In this document: in pieces, positions 37,561-47,248 of the stretch | Numbering within the stretch: position 1 is the stretch's first letter | Layout: every line of letters starts with the position of its first letter | Source of the DNA: Candidatus Omnitrophota bacterium | Lineage (GTDB): Bacteria; Omnitrophota; Gorgyraeia; Gygaellales; Profunditerraquicolaceae | Direction: 5' to 3' | Length of the DNA: 64,000 nt | Assembly (NCBI GenBank): GCA_043808425.1 | Contig: JAZDEW010000064.1 | Location: forward strand, 11,772-75,771 | Made by a program: the position numbers and the translations under genes | The notes under the pieces: model-generated | The model's database searches: none | What the model was told of the DNA's origin: nothing | What the model saw: only the letters and a program-made list of their open reading frames with translations

Positions 37561-39593
37561 TTAAGCACTCTCTTTCCATGAAAATTATTAGCAAATCCGC
37601 CACTAATCATAGCCAAAAATTCTTTTTCATTAATAATTTTTATACCTAATTCTTGAGCTTTATTAAATTTTGAACCCGTACTTTTCGCGGCGACTAAAAA
37701 ATCGGTTTTGCTACTTACGCTAGAGGTTGTCAGGCCGGCGGATATACGCACCAGCTCTTCTGCTTCAGAACGGCTGAATCGGTCCAATTGGCCGGTAAAA
37801 ACTACTGTTTTGCCGGTTAATTTATTCGCCTTAATCCTCGGAGCTTCCTGGCGCAGGTTAAGGCCAGAATTTTTTAGCTCCTGAATTAACTTTTTAGTCC
37901 GGCCAAGATTAAAATAATCTACAATAGAACCGGCCATAACCGTGCCAATCTCGGGAACCTTATCCAGCTCTTGGAACTTTGCCCGCATAAGTTTATCTAT
38001 ATCCGAAAACTCTTGCGCCAACGTATAGGCAGCTTTCTGGCCAACATGGCGAATGCCTAAAGCAAAAATCAGGCGCGCCAAAGGCTGAATTTTACTTCTC
38101 TGAATTGCATTTAAGAGATTATTAGCTTTTTTTTCTTTAAATAACTCTAATCCCAATAAATTATTAATTTTAAGTTTATAAATATCCGCTAAGCTCTTCA
38201 ATAGCCCCAGCTTTACCAGCTGATTAATTACCGCCTGGCCTAAACCCTCGATATCCAAAGCATCGCGGCTAGAAAAATGTAAAAGCGCCCGCTCAAGTTG
38301 AGCGGGACAATCAGAATTAATACAACGATAAGCAACATCCTCTGCCTTCTCCTTAATAATCTTTTCACCACAGGCAGGGCAATTTTCAGGTTTATTATAA
38401 GGCCGTTTGCCTTTTTGTTCTACCACTTTTACTATCTTAGGAATAACATCGCCCGCGCGCTCAATAAGCACCCGATCACCCTCACGCAATCCCAATCTTT
38501 CTATTTCATCAAAATTATGTAACGTAGCGTTGCTAATAATTACGCCAGAACATTCCACTCCTTTAAGCATGGCAATAGGCGTAATCACCCCGGTGCGTCC
38601 GACATTAACCTTAATTTCTAAAACTTCGGTTGTCGCCTGACGCGCAGGAAACTTATAAGCTACTGCCCAACGTGGGCTTTTAACCGTAAAGCCTAAATTC
38701 TGTTGATACTTAAAACTATTTAATTTAACTACTATTCCATCAATCTCATAACCTGCTTGATCTCTTTTTTTCTGCCACTTTAGGCAATAGTCAATTACCG
38801 CATCAATATCTTTGCAAAACAGCGAATGTTTATCTAAGCGCAAGTTCCAAGTTTTTAATAAGCCTAAAAATTCCCATTGAGTATAAATTGGCTTCCCTTG
38901 ATAAGCGCCTAAAGAGTGCGCGATAAAATTAAGATGCCGTTTCGCCACTATATGGCTATCTAGTAATTTCAACGATCCGCTGGTAGCATTGCGTGGATTG
39001 GCAAACAAAACCTCTTGGTTATCTTCGCGCTGATGATTAACCTTTAAGAAATCTTGGCTTTCCATATAAACTTCACCACGAATTTCAATTAAGTCCGGAA
39101 GATCTTTACCCATCAGAACCAGAGGAATAGCGCGAATAGTTTTTATGTTTGCCGTAACATCCTCGCCAGTTGAGCCATCTCCTCTAGTAGCTCCGAGGAT
39201 TAGCTTACCTTGAGCATAAGTTAAATTCGCGCTTACCCCATCAACCTTAAGTTCAACCACATATTCAAAAACAGCCTCTTTACTTAAACCTTTACGCACA
39301 CGCCTATCCCAAGCTTTTAATTCTTCAATAGAATAAGTATTATCCAAAGAAAACATGCCGGCTTTATGTTTTACCGTTTTAAAACCCACACTTACGCCGC
39401 TACTTAAACGCTGACTGGGAGAATCGCTGTTTAAATACTGCGGGTACCTATCTTCCAATAGTTTTAATTTAACCATCAAATCATCGTACTCTTTATCTGA
39501 AATTTCAGGCTGGCTTAGAGCATAATAAAGATAATCATGCCGTCTAAGCTTATCTCTTAATTTCTCGATTTCTTTATTTATTGAGCTAGACAT
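37557..39593 (-). CDS. ligA: NAD-dependent DNA ligase
   Basis: KxDG adenylation motif (ELKVDGVS), OB fold, Zn finger (CPACG...C), HhH region and BRCT domain. Confidence 0.92.
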   Translation of the reverse strand: MSSSINKEIEKLRDKLRRHDYLYYALSQPEISDKEYDDLMVKLKLLEDRYPQYLNSDSPSQRLSSGVSVGFKTVKHKAGMFSLDNTYSIEELKAWDRRVRKGLSKEAVFEYVVELKVDGVSANLTYAQGKLILGATRGDGSTGEDVTANIKTIRAIPLVLMGKDLPDLIEIRGEVYMESQDFLKVNHQREDNQEVLFANPRNATSGSLKLLDSHIVAKRHLNFIAHSLGAYQGKPIYTQWEFLGLLKTWNLRLDKHSLFCKDIDAVIDYCLKWQKKRDQAGYEIDGIVVKLNSFKYQQNLGFTVKSPRWAVAYKFPARQATTEVLEIKVNVGRTGVITPIAMLKGVECSGVIISNATLHNFDEIERLGLREGDRVLIERAGDVIPKIVKVVEQKGKRPYNKPENCPACGEKIIKEKAEDVAYRCINSDCPAQLERALLHFSSRDALDIEGLGQAVINQLVKLGLLKSLADIYKLKINNLLGLELFKEKKANNLLNAIQRSKIQPLARLIFALGIRHVGQKAAYTLAQEFSDIDKLMRAKFQELDKVPEIGTVMAGSIVDYFNLGRTKKLIQELKNSGLNLRQEAPRIKANKLTGKTVVFTGQLDRFSRSEAEELVRISAGLTTSSVSSKTDFLVAAKSTGSKFNKAQELGIKIINEKEFLAMISGGFANNFHGKRVLK

Positions 39594-39610
39594 CTATAGG
39601 ACTTGTTAAA

Positions 39611-39904
39611 TCAGAATTGCACTTGGAAATCACTAAATTCTCCGCTTGCCGGAAGCCACTCCACGGTTGTATCTGTTATATAGCGCGAAAAATGCTGGTT
39701 AACTTGCTCAAGAAAAACATTAAGGGTATCTTCTTCCGATTCCGCTAAAATCTCCACTCGCCCGTCATTTAAATTCTTAACCCAACCACAAACCTTTTGA
39801 CCCAAAGCAATATCCAAAACAGTATAGCGAAACCCTATGCCTTGCACCTTACCTGAATAGTAAAGATGAAGCCTCATTATCATGGGCGTATCTCTTGCCC
39901 ACAA
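39611..39904 (-). CDS. acyP: Acylphosphatase
   Basis: VQGIGFR and [12 protein letters not shown] motifs. Confidence 0.75.
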   Translation of the reverse strand: MWARDTPMIMRLHLYYSGKVQGIGFRYTVLDIALGQKVCGWVKNLNDGRVEILAESEEDTLNVFLEQVNQHFSRYITDTTVEWLPASGEFSDFQVQF

Positions 39905-40014
39905 ACTCGCAAGGATTTACCTAAATCAAAACCTAAAGCGGCCATTTATTTTACCGTTTTTTAATCTATCCCTACTAGTTAAATATCAAAATTCAACATC
40001 CAACCACTAAATAT

Positions 40015-41067
40015 TTATTTTTTAGCCTGTTCGCCCGCCCATTGCGATGAATTCATCGCCGCTCTTAATTCAGAGGTTCCTCCCACGGCTTTCTCCGCGA
40101 TGTCTTCTACTTTCTGGTAAGCTTTTTCCAACTGCGCTGACAGCTTAAGTAACTGCTCTTTCTGCTCCTTAACCAGGGTTTCAAAAGAATCTACTCGCGT
40201 TTGTAAAACGTTGCGTTCGCCTTCAAAAGATTTTTTTAGGAATTCTTCACGGTTTCGCGATTCTGCCTGGCACTTTTCCGTTGTTTCTTTGATTGTTTTC
40301 TGCGCCGCTAATTCCAGCTCTTTTGAAAAGCTCTCCATTTTCTTGCGTAAAGAACTCAATTCTCCTTCACTCTCCTTCATATAATTGTCGCGCTCTACCA
40401 TCTGTTTTTCTATAGCTTCCCGTTTTATTTGAAATTCCTTCTCTTTCTTGACTTGTTCGTCAGTAAATTTATCCAATGCCGCTTGTTTATCGCGTTTAAA
40501 TACATATTCATAGTCTTCTTTTTCCCGCTGGCGCGTACGATTATCCTCAGCTTGCTGTTCTTTTAACCTAGCATCATAACGTTTCCTATCTTCTTCCCGT
40601 TCCAACGCCAGTGCATCCATTCCATGTTCAAAAGCATTCTTCTTCTCTTCCATCTCTTGCTCATAATCAAGCCGTCTCTTATCCTGCGTTTCAATAAGCG
40701 CGGCCAGGCTCTGGGCGGCTTTATGTATTCCATATATCTCTTCCAGTTCTTTAGTTTTTATCTCCACCGCGTCCTTTACCTTACGATATCGCCCCACCTC
40801 ACCTTCCATTTCTTCCGCGATTTTACCAAGCATACCGCTAATATCCAGCCGCAGCTGGCCAATACTCTTAATCACTCCTTCTACCGATAGGCCATTAGCT
40901 TCTTCTACAATTTCCTTAGTTTTCCTTTGTTCAATTACAGCTTCTGGCCTTAATTCTAACGCGTTCTTTTCCTGAAGTTGTTTGAGTAATTCATTATAAG
41001 CCGCCACCATTTCTTGTTTAGTATTGGTAAGACTAACCTTCCGCTGTTCCTTAATTTTCTCAGCCAT
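40015..41067 (-). CDS. Hypothetical highly charged coiled-coil protein
   Basis: 350 aa rich in E, K, R and Q with a heptad-like periodicity. No catalytic motif seen. It lies at the inner edge of the defence island. Confidence 0.4.
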   Translation of the reverse strand: MAEKIKEQRKVSLTNTKQEMVAAYNELLKQLQEKNALELRPEAVIEQRKTKEIVEEANGLSVEGVIKSIGQLRLDISGMLGKIAEEMEGEVGRYRKVKDAVEIKTKELEEIYGIHKAAQSLAALIETQDKRRLDYEQEMEEKKNAFEHGMDALALEREEDRKRYDARLKEQQAEDNRTRQREKEDYEYVFKRDKQAALDKFTDEQVKKEKEFQIKREAIEKQMVERDNYMKESEGELSSLRKKMESFSKELELAAQKTIKETTEKCQAESRNREEFLKKSFEGERNVLQTRVDSFETLVKEQKEQLLKLSAQLEKAYQKVEDIAEKAVGGTSELRAAMNSSQWAGEQAKK

Positions 41068-41159
41068 TTTGCTTCCTCCTTTTAATTTCTACATCAATCA
41101 ACTCCAACATCTTCTAACCCTTTAATTGAAAAACATATCCACTCATTGCTGTCCAAATT

Positions 41160-41222
41160 ACGTCATTCTGAGCGTAGCGAAAAATCGCGTACCGTCGAGA
41201 TTCCTGCCTGCCGGCAGGCAGG
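41160..41222. repeat. Composite repeat: a half-copy of the 44.2 kb hairpin-repeat arm fused to the 20-nt CCTGCCTGCCGGCAGGCAGG palindrome
   Basis: cgtcattctgagcgtagcgaaaaatcgcgtaccgtcgagattc matches, in reverse complement, the right arm of the hairpin repeat in 44233..44357 (gaatctcgacg...cgctcaggatgacg). It is followed by the perfect palindrome at 41203-41222. Confidence 0.6.
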
Positions 41223-41273
41223 CTTCGTCGCTCCGCTGCCCAAAATAAAAAGCGTATATTTATATCTCAAAAA

Positions 41274-41597
41274 TTATTCTCGACGATAGATAATGTTTAA
41301 TTTGGACACGAGTGCTCTTTCATATATGATCCTTCCCTTAGATAAAATCCTTTTCTGGAAATGTTCTCTGATGTCGTCAAAATCGACCATATCAACTTCA
41401 TCATCTACCGCCATAGAGATTCTTCCATAATATTTAAAAAAGTCCTTAGCCTCAATTCCTTCTACCGCTATATCAATATCATTAGCCGTCTCAACGCTTT
41501 CCAGGCATGAGCCAAACAAAAATACTTTTTTCACATCAAACTCTTTGCTAATTTCTCCTATTTTAATCAATTCATTATCTAAAATTTCTTTTTTCAT
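41274..41597 (-). CDS. Minimal nucleotidyltransferase (MNT-like, pol-beta superfamily)
   Basis: GSxxxG..DxD-type motif (FLFGSCLESVETANDIDIAV). No HEPN partner ORF is adjacent. Confidence 0.7.
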   Translation of the reverse strand: MKKEILDNELIKIGEISKEFDVKKVFLFGSCLESVETANDIDIAVEGIEAKDFFKYYGRISMAVDDEVDMVDFDDIREHFQKRILSKGRIIYERALVSKLNIIYRRE

Positions 41598-41669
41598 TAC
41601 CTACCCCTCTCTTTTAACAAGGCCGTTTCTATTTTACCTTTGGTCAAAAACTATGCTAACTTTCTTCAT

Positions 41670-44126
41670 TTATTTAAAAATATCTAAAAAAAACCGGCCG
41701 GCCTGAACTATTTTTTTTATTGTCTCATCATCGGGTAATGGAATTTGAAGCGCCGGTTTCCCGGTTGCTTCATCTTTTTTTATTTTAATTCCAAAAGGAG
41801 GCTGCGTATCTGATAAAACCGATTCTTCCTTGGTATCGCTGTCAAGCTGTTTAAGCATCTTACCCAAAAAAGAAATCCCGGCTTCTAAAAAATTCCGCGC
41901 GGCTTCTCTAACAAACACGGGTTCCTGGGAAAAAGTTTTCTTGGCCTCTTCTTTTTGGCTATCTTCCTCTATAACCTCTTCGCGCGCCGCCTGTTCATCT
42001 TTTATTACTTCTTCAAACCCACCCCGCGAAACTTTCTCTTCTATCTTAGGTATACCCTCCGCGGCAGTCTCGACTGTTTTAATAAACTGATTAAAACGAG
42101 ACGTTCCCATAAACACTTCATTCTCTCCATTATCAAGTATGCCGGAAAACATGGAACGTTTAAATTTAAGAAGCGACAACATTCCCTGTTCGATAGAACC
42201 TTCGGTAATAAAATTAATCACCCTGACACAACGTTTTTGCCCTATGCGGTGAACACGGCAGATACGCTGCTCCAAAACCGCAGGGTTCCACGGTAAATCC
42301 AGATTAATAACCGTGGACGCGTTTTGCAGGTTAAGCCCCAGCCCGCCTGCCTCTGTTGATAAAAATACGCGGCAATTAGAATCTTCTTTAAACCTGCTGA
42401 TAAGTTCTCCTCGTTTATTACCCGGCACGCCTCCGTGGAGCCAGACGTATTTCCAACCACGCGCGTTCATCATCGCCATAACGAGTTCAAACATCCGAAT
42501 CCATTGTGAAAAAATCACTACTTTAGCGCCGCGATCTTCCAATAAATCTTGCAGTTGTATTTCTAATTCGCCAATTTTATTGCCGCTTCTTTTATTTAAG
42601 CCGATCAAATACGTATCGTCGCTAACCATTCTCATATTTTGCAGAGCCATCATCAGGCGCTGTTTATCCTCTTCGCTCAAAAACTTATACCGTTTCCATT
42701 TATTCACAATCCGGGCGGTAATCTCCCTGTTTTCTTCATGAATGGCAGACTGTTCGGCAGTCATTGCCACAAAATACTCTTTTTCTATTCGCCCGGGAAG
42801 CTGCGCTAAAACTTCTTTTTTCCTCCGGCGTATCAAAATAGGCCTTAATGATTCTCCTAATTTATTAAGATTGCGATATCCAATCGCCCGCCCTGTTTCA
42901 TCTATTATTTCGTGCGTATGCCGAAAACGAAAAAGCGGCCCTAAATGGTGCTTATCAATAAATCCGACAATAGAATGTAATTCTTCTAATCTGTTTTCCA
43001 GCGGCGTTCCGGTAAGGACAATCGCGTAAGGAGAGTAGATTTTTTTTACTGATTTGGCTAACCGCGTCCTCCAGTTTTTAATGCGCTGCGCCTCATCAAG
43101 TATTATAATATCCGGCTTCCATCCTTCAATAGCCTTAATATCGCGATGGATCACGTCATAATTGGTAATCTTAAAAAAACTCTCTTGCTTATACAATAAT
43201 TGTCTTTTAGATAATAAGCCCTGAACCACTTGAACAGAACGATGACTAAATCGCTGGATCTCTTTCTCCCATTGATGTTTTAAACTGGTAGGGCAAATAA
43301 TCAGCGCCTTTTCAATTCCAAAACAATCAGCCATAATTTCACTCGCCGCAATAGCCTGCAATGTTTTGCCCAGCCCCATATCATCCGCTATTATGCATCT
43401 GCCGGCTATTGCCGCGAATAACGCCCCTTCTTTTTGATAAGGGTATAATTTCGCCTTTAGTAAATCTCCAAACGCGGCGTCTTGTCCGCCCCGCGGAAAC
43501 TTTTTCTCAACGCGCTTTCTGCGGATATCCGCGTCTTTGGCCATAGCGATAAATAATAACGCGTCTTCATGATAGCGGACATCATCATCTAACAAATCCA
43601 CCTGTTTAACAAATTCATCAAAATGCTGCAAGCCCTCCGCGATTAGAAAGCCCTCGTGATCGAAAAATTGGTTAACTAATTTCTTAAGCGGATTACTAAC
43701 GCGCCGCCCCATAGAAAAGGCAACGCGGCGCCTAAGCCCATACCTCAAGGTAACAAAGGAATATTCCGGGACATAACCTTCTTTAAGTATCTTTTTTGCC
43801 CCCTTTTTTCTTCGTAATCTGCGTAAAAGGTATTCGATATGCTTACAGGTCCCTAATGTATTTACGGAATAATCAGGGCAAGAACAATAATTAACCCCTA
43901 ATTTCTCTCCCCAAATTACAACTCGATAGGCCCTTTCTGTTTTGAGATTAGTTAGTTCAAATGTTGAAAAAATTAGATCCGCGCCGATATTTTTTACCCG
44001 ATAAGCCTCATCTTGAGCAATCTGCCGCCTAAGTAGAATCTGCCATTCTTCTAAAGATAATTCCTTAGGTTTTACTGTATGCGAAAACCTTTTTATTACT
44101 TTTTTACTTTTTTTCTTTGTGGACAT
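41670..44126 (-). CDS. SNF2-family helicase/ATPase with an N-terminal SWIM zinc finger
   Basis: SWIM CxC...CxH motif (YCSCPDYSVNTLGTCKHIEYLL), SNF2 motifs I and II (DDMGLGKTLQAIA; ILDEAQRIKN) and a helicase C domain. Confidence 0.85.
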   Translation of the reverse strand: MSTKKKSKKVIKRFSHTVKPKELSLEEWQILLRRQIAQDEAYRVKNIGADLIFSTFELTNLKTERAYRVVIWGEKLGVNYCSCPDYSVNTLGTCKHIEYLLRRLRRKKGAKKILKEGYVPEYSFVTLRYGLRRRVAFSMGRRVSNPLKKLVNQFFDHEGFLIAEGLQHFDEFVKQVDLLDDDVRYHEDALLFIAMAKDADIRRKRVEKKFPRGGQDAAFGDLLKAKLYPYQKEGALFAAIAGRCIIADDMGLGKTLQAIAASEIMADCFGIEKALIICPTSLKHQWEKEIQRFSHRSVQVVQGLLSKRQLLYKQESFFKITNYDVIHRDIKAIEGWKPDIIILDEAQRIKNWRTRLAKSVKKIYSPYAIVLTGTPLENRLEELHSIVGFIDKHHLGPLFRFRHTHEIIDETGRAIGYRNLNKLGESLRPILIRRRKKEVLAQLPGRIEKEYFVAMTAEQSAIHEENREITARIVNKWKRYKFLSEEDKQRLMMALQNMRMVSDDTYLIGLNKRSGNKIGELEIQLQDLLEDRGAKVVIFSQWIRMFELVMAMMNARGWKYVWLHGGVPGNKRGELISRFKEDSNCRVFLSTEAGGLGLNLQNASTVINLDLPWNPAVLEQRICRVHRIGQKRCVRVINFITEGSIEQGMLSLLKFKRSMFSGILDNGENEVFMGTSRFNQFIKTVETAAEGIPKIEEKVSRGGFEEVIKDEQAAREEVIEEDSQKEEAKKTFSQEPVFVREAARNFLEAGISFLGKMLKQLDSDTKEESVLSDTQPPFGIKIKKDEATGKPALQIPLPDDETIKKIVQAGRFFLDIFK

Positions 44127-44232
44127 AAATCTACACTCACTTCCCCGCGCTGCTCCCTCTTCGTTCTTTATTAGCCATACTTTACACCTTGATCCCTATC
44201 CGATAAGTCCTCAAGCTTACCGCGAAACTTCT

Positions 44233-44357
44233 TATCAAGTGACTGTTGCGAAATGCAATTTGTGGCGTCATTCTGAGGCCGGAGGCCGAAGAATCTCGAC
44301 GCTGATAAGATCCTTCGCTTCGCTCAGGATGACGAAAATTTGTATTTCGCAACAATC
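44233..44357. repeat. Long imperfect hairpin (MITE-like inverted repeat) in the spacer between res and the SNF2-family helicase gene
   Basis: Left arm gttgcgaaatgcaatttgtggcgtcattctgagg. Right arm cgctcaggatgacgaaaatttgtatttcgcaac. The arms are reverse complements with a few mismatches and flank a roughly 50-nt core. Confidence 0.65.
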
Positions 44358-44444
44358 CCATCAAAAACCCTATTGTCACAAAAATATTCTATAAATTCGG
44401 AATAACTATTCGGACTCAAAAAGCGAAAGAAGTATTCCCTATTA

Positions 44445-47222
44445 TTAACTCAATAATTGCTTAGTGAAAATTTCTTCAAAAACTTGTTCTTTTTCTTTAT
44501 TAAATAATGGCAATCCGATTAATTTATAATCCTTATTTTCCGCTTTCAGCAAATTTCCATTACTATATTTATCCGTAATTTGTTGTAAAAATTCTTCTTT
44601 CCAGCCTTCTTTGCTCTCTTTAAATCCGTTTTTTTTATCCGCAAATTGTCCGCCTTTCGGTTCAATAAAAATTTGATAGTATAAATTGCCTTTTTTGCCT
44701 TTCAAAAACAGCAAAAAGTCCGGCTCAAATCCGCGCCCCTGCTCAAAGTCATAAATTTTATATATTTCTTCATTTCGAAGCAAATAAACCTCATTATATT
44801 TCTCTTCTAAATTTCCAATTCTATCCTTTAAAAATTCAAGTAAACCAATTTCTTCACTTGTTCCAACAAAACCATCCAGCACATACCATTTATTTTTCAA
44901 TACTTCGTTTTCATAACTTTTGCTATACTTTTCTATATTTATACTTTTTTCTTTTGGCTCGCCAAACAAATCCTCAAAAGAAAAAGATTCAAATTTTTCT
45001 GTTCCTTTATATGGATTAGCGATTTCTTTAAGCTTTCTTGCAAATTCATCAAAAAACCCCAGTAATAATTCCAGCTTTTCTTCATTACTAATATCGCTTA
45101 AATCGTTTTTATCTTTTGGGGCAATTATATTGATCTTAAAATTGCCAATAAAATTATCCGTAAAGATTTCATCAATACTGTTTAAGCTCAATTCATTCTG
45201 TAAATTTTCAAACCGCAAAAGCGACAAATCTTTTGCCGCCTTTTTATTGATTGCTTTCGCGATGATATGCTTTTCAAAATCTTTAAGTTTTTTACTAATT
45301 GTTTTACTGCCTTTTGATAAACTTTCCGTGAGAATTTCATCTTTCTCTCTATCTAAGATAACCTGCTGTTCTTTCATTGCGAACTTTCTCGTTTTATATT
45401 CAAAAACAAACTCTTTTTCCAGCTCAGCCAATGTCATTTTTCTTTTTACCGGATTGTCCTTTTTTTCGTTTTTCCAGACTTTTATTTCTTTGAAAAAATC
45501 GCTTTGCTTAAATTCATCTTTTAGCGCGAATTTCTTTATCTGGCGATTCTCTTGAATAAATCCTTTATTTTTAAGCTCTCTTTTTAATTCGTCAAGATAA
45601 TGCGAATCATCATCACTATGATAATAAAATTCTTCCAATACTCTAAGCGGATTTTCCAAATCATTATCAAATTTTCTTTTGTTTTTCTCGCACTCATTAT
45701 AGGCAAAAGGAAAATAACGCACGCCTCTGCCGATTAGCTGAATTTCTTGTACAGTCGCCTCTCCGGCTTTTCTTTTTCCGGTGCTTTTTTCTTTTCCTTC
45801 ATCGCGCCCTTCGTAAAGCCTGACAATATCAAAAAGATTCAATACATCCCATCCTTCTGTTAACCGTTTTACCGTAAAAACCGCGCGAATATGATTATTT
45901 TTATCTTCCAAACTATTCAGCAATTGATCCTGCTCTTCTGTCGTCCTCTCCTTAGTAATTGCCTTATTGTCTTTTGAATTGGTTATAATACAATTTCTTT
46001 CGGCAAACTCGTCTTTAATATAGTTCACGATTTTGCTAATGCTTTTTTTATCATTAATAAACTTAAGCATTTGCTTAACCCTGCTTCTGCCTTGCTCATA
46101 TACCTTAGTTGAATTTGAATCATCTTGTTTTATGCTATTTTCAATGTTTTTTAAAAAATCAAAATCAGCCGGTTTTAATTCGGCAATTAGAGATATAAAT
46201 TCTTGATAATCATTTTTTGATTCTTCAATAAATTTGCTTCTAAAAAGTATTACCGGCTTGAAATTAGCAATCTTGTTTTTAAGCGCGATTTGATGGCGAT
46301 ACCAGTTAAAAAGCAAGGCGAGCAAGATCTTTTCTTTCTTTTTCAGCGAAGTTGAAACAAGGTTTATTTCTTTGGTATAGCCGGCTCTAAGAAAGTCAAC
46401 GAGTTCAAATTTATAAATTGTTTTAGGACGGTATTTTTCTATAACATCCACGTTTTGCGGTATTGTCGCGGTGAATTCCAATAAAACATTTCTATTCTCA
46501 ATATCTTGCTTATTCTTACCTCTTTTTAGGATTTTATTAATTATTGTATTTTCCCAGCTTTTCTCAATATCTTTTTCGCTGGCACTTTCCTTCAATTCCA
46601 AAGGTAAATCCAATTCAGCCTGCCCGTTTCTCATTGTTGAAGCGTTAAGATGATGCGCTTCGTCGCCAATCATTACCAAATCTTTTTTCTGCAAATCGAA
46701 AAGCGTCACTTCGTTTTCTTTAGCCAAATAAACCGCGTTATGAAGCTTGTGAATTGAAGTAAATTTTATCTGAATATCGTCCGTGCTGTCAAAAGTCTCC
46801 ACTTTGCGGATATTGATGGTTCTATCTTCAATCACGATATTTTGACGAAAAATGTATTTGGTGTGATTTTTATTGATAAAATTATTTTCCGTCTTATCTA
46901 CGATATTGTTTTGATTAACAAAGAAAATAAAATACCTGCGGCCTTTTTTGTAGTAATACAAAATCAACGCCGCCATCAGCATGGTTTTGCCGGTGCCGGT
47001 CGCCATATTAAACATCAGATGCGTCGGCTCAAAATTATTCTCTTTTACTTTGATCTTTTCCCAAATTAAAAAACTTTCCAACGCTTCTTTCTGCCATTGC
47101 CACAAAGAATGCCGGATATTTTCCGCGATAAAAACCGGTATCTGCACATCCTGCTTGGTAATACCCAAGTTAAAAGCTTCATCTCTAACTTGACCGGATA
47201 AATCCCTGCTTAAATCATACAT
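44445..47222 (-). CDS. res: Type III restriction-modification system restriction subunit (Res; helicase plus PD-ExK nuclease)
   Basis: Walker A motif FNMATGTGKT, DEAH box IGDEAHH, C-terminal EPDF...IEPKG nuclease motif. It lies downstream of a DPPY methyltransferase gene. Confidence 0.8.
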   Translation of the reverse strand: MYDLSRDLSGQVRDEAFNLGITKQDVQIPVFIAENIRHSLWQWQKEALESFLIWEKIKVKENNFEPTHLMFNMATGTGKTMLMAALILYYYKKGRRYFIFFVNQNNIVDKTENNFINKNHTKYIFRQNIVIEDRTINIRKVETFDSTDDIQIKFTSIHKLHNAVYLAKENEVTLFDLQKKDLVMIGDEAHHLNASTMRNGQAELDLPLELKESASEKDIEKSWENTIINKILKRGKNKQDIENRNVLLEFTATIPQNVDVIEKYRPKTIYKFELVDFLRAGYTKEINLVSTSLKKKEKILLALLFNWYRHQIALKNKIANFKPVILFRSKFIEESKNDYQEFISLIAELKPADFDFLKNIENSIKQDDSNSTKVYEQGRSRVKQMLKFINDKKSISKIVNYIKDEFAERNCIITNSKDNKAITKERTTEEQDQLLNSLEDKNNHIRAVFTVKRLTEGWDVLNLFDIVRLYEGRDEGKEKSTGKRKAGEATVQEIQLIGRGVRYFPFAYNECEKNKRKFDNDLENPLRVLEEFYYHSDDDSHYLDELKRELKNKGFIQENRQIKKFALKDEFKQSDFFKEIKVWKNEKKDNPVKRKMTLAELEKEFVFEYKTRKFAMKEQQVILDREKDEILTESLSKGSKTISKKLKDFEKHIIAKAINKKAAKDLSLLRFENLQNELSLNSIDEIFTDNFIGNFKINIIAPKDKNDLSDISNEEKLELLLGFFDEFARKLKEIANPYKGTEKFESFSFEDLFGEPKEKSINIEKYSKSYENEVLKNKWYVLDGFVGTSEEIGLLEFLKDRIGNLEEKYNEVYLLRNEEIYKIYDFEQGRGFEPDFLLFLKGKKGNLYYQIFIEPKGGQFADKKNGFKESKEGWKEEFLQQITDKYSNGNLLKAENKDYKLIGLPLFNKEKEQVFEEIFTKQLLS

Positions 47223-47248
47223 ATTATTTGGGGTTATAAAATTTTCGC

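Noticed and set aside
41067-41273. Search for a HEPN toxin partner downstream of the MNT gene
   Set aside because: No ORF of 60 aa or more exists there. The interval is filled by repeat fragments, so no partner gene can be supported.
44920-45555. 211-aa plus-strand ORF, and other plus-strand ORFs at 46471-47193, antisense to the res gene
   Set aside because: The regions are low-complexity, S/F/L-rich and AT-rich. They are entirely antisense to a well-supported Res ORF and are most likely spurious.
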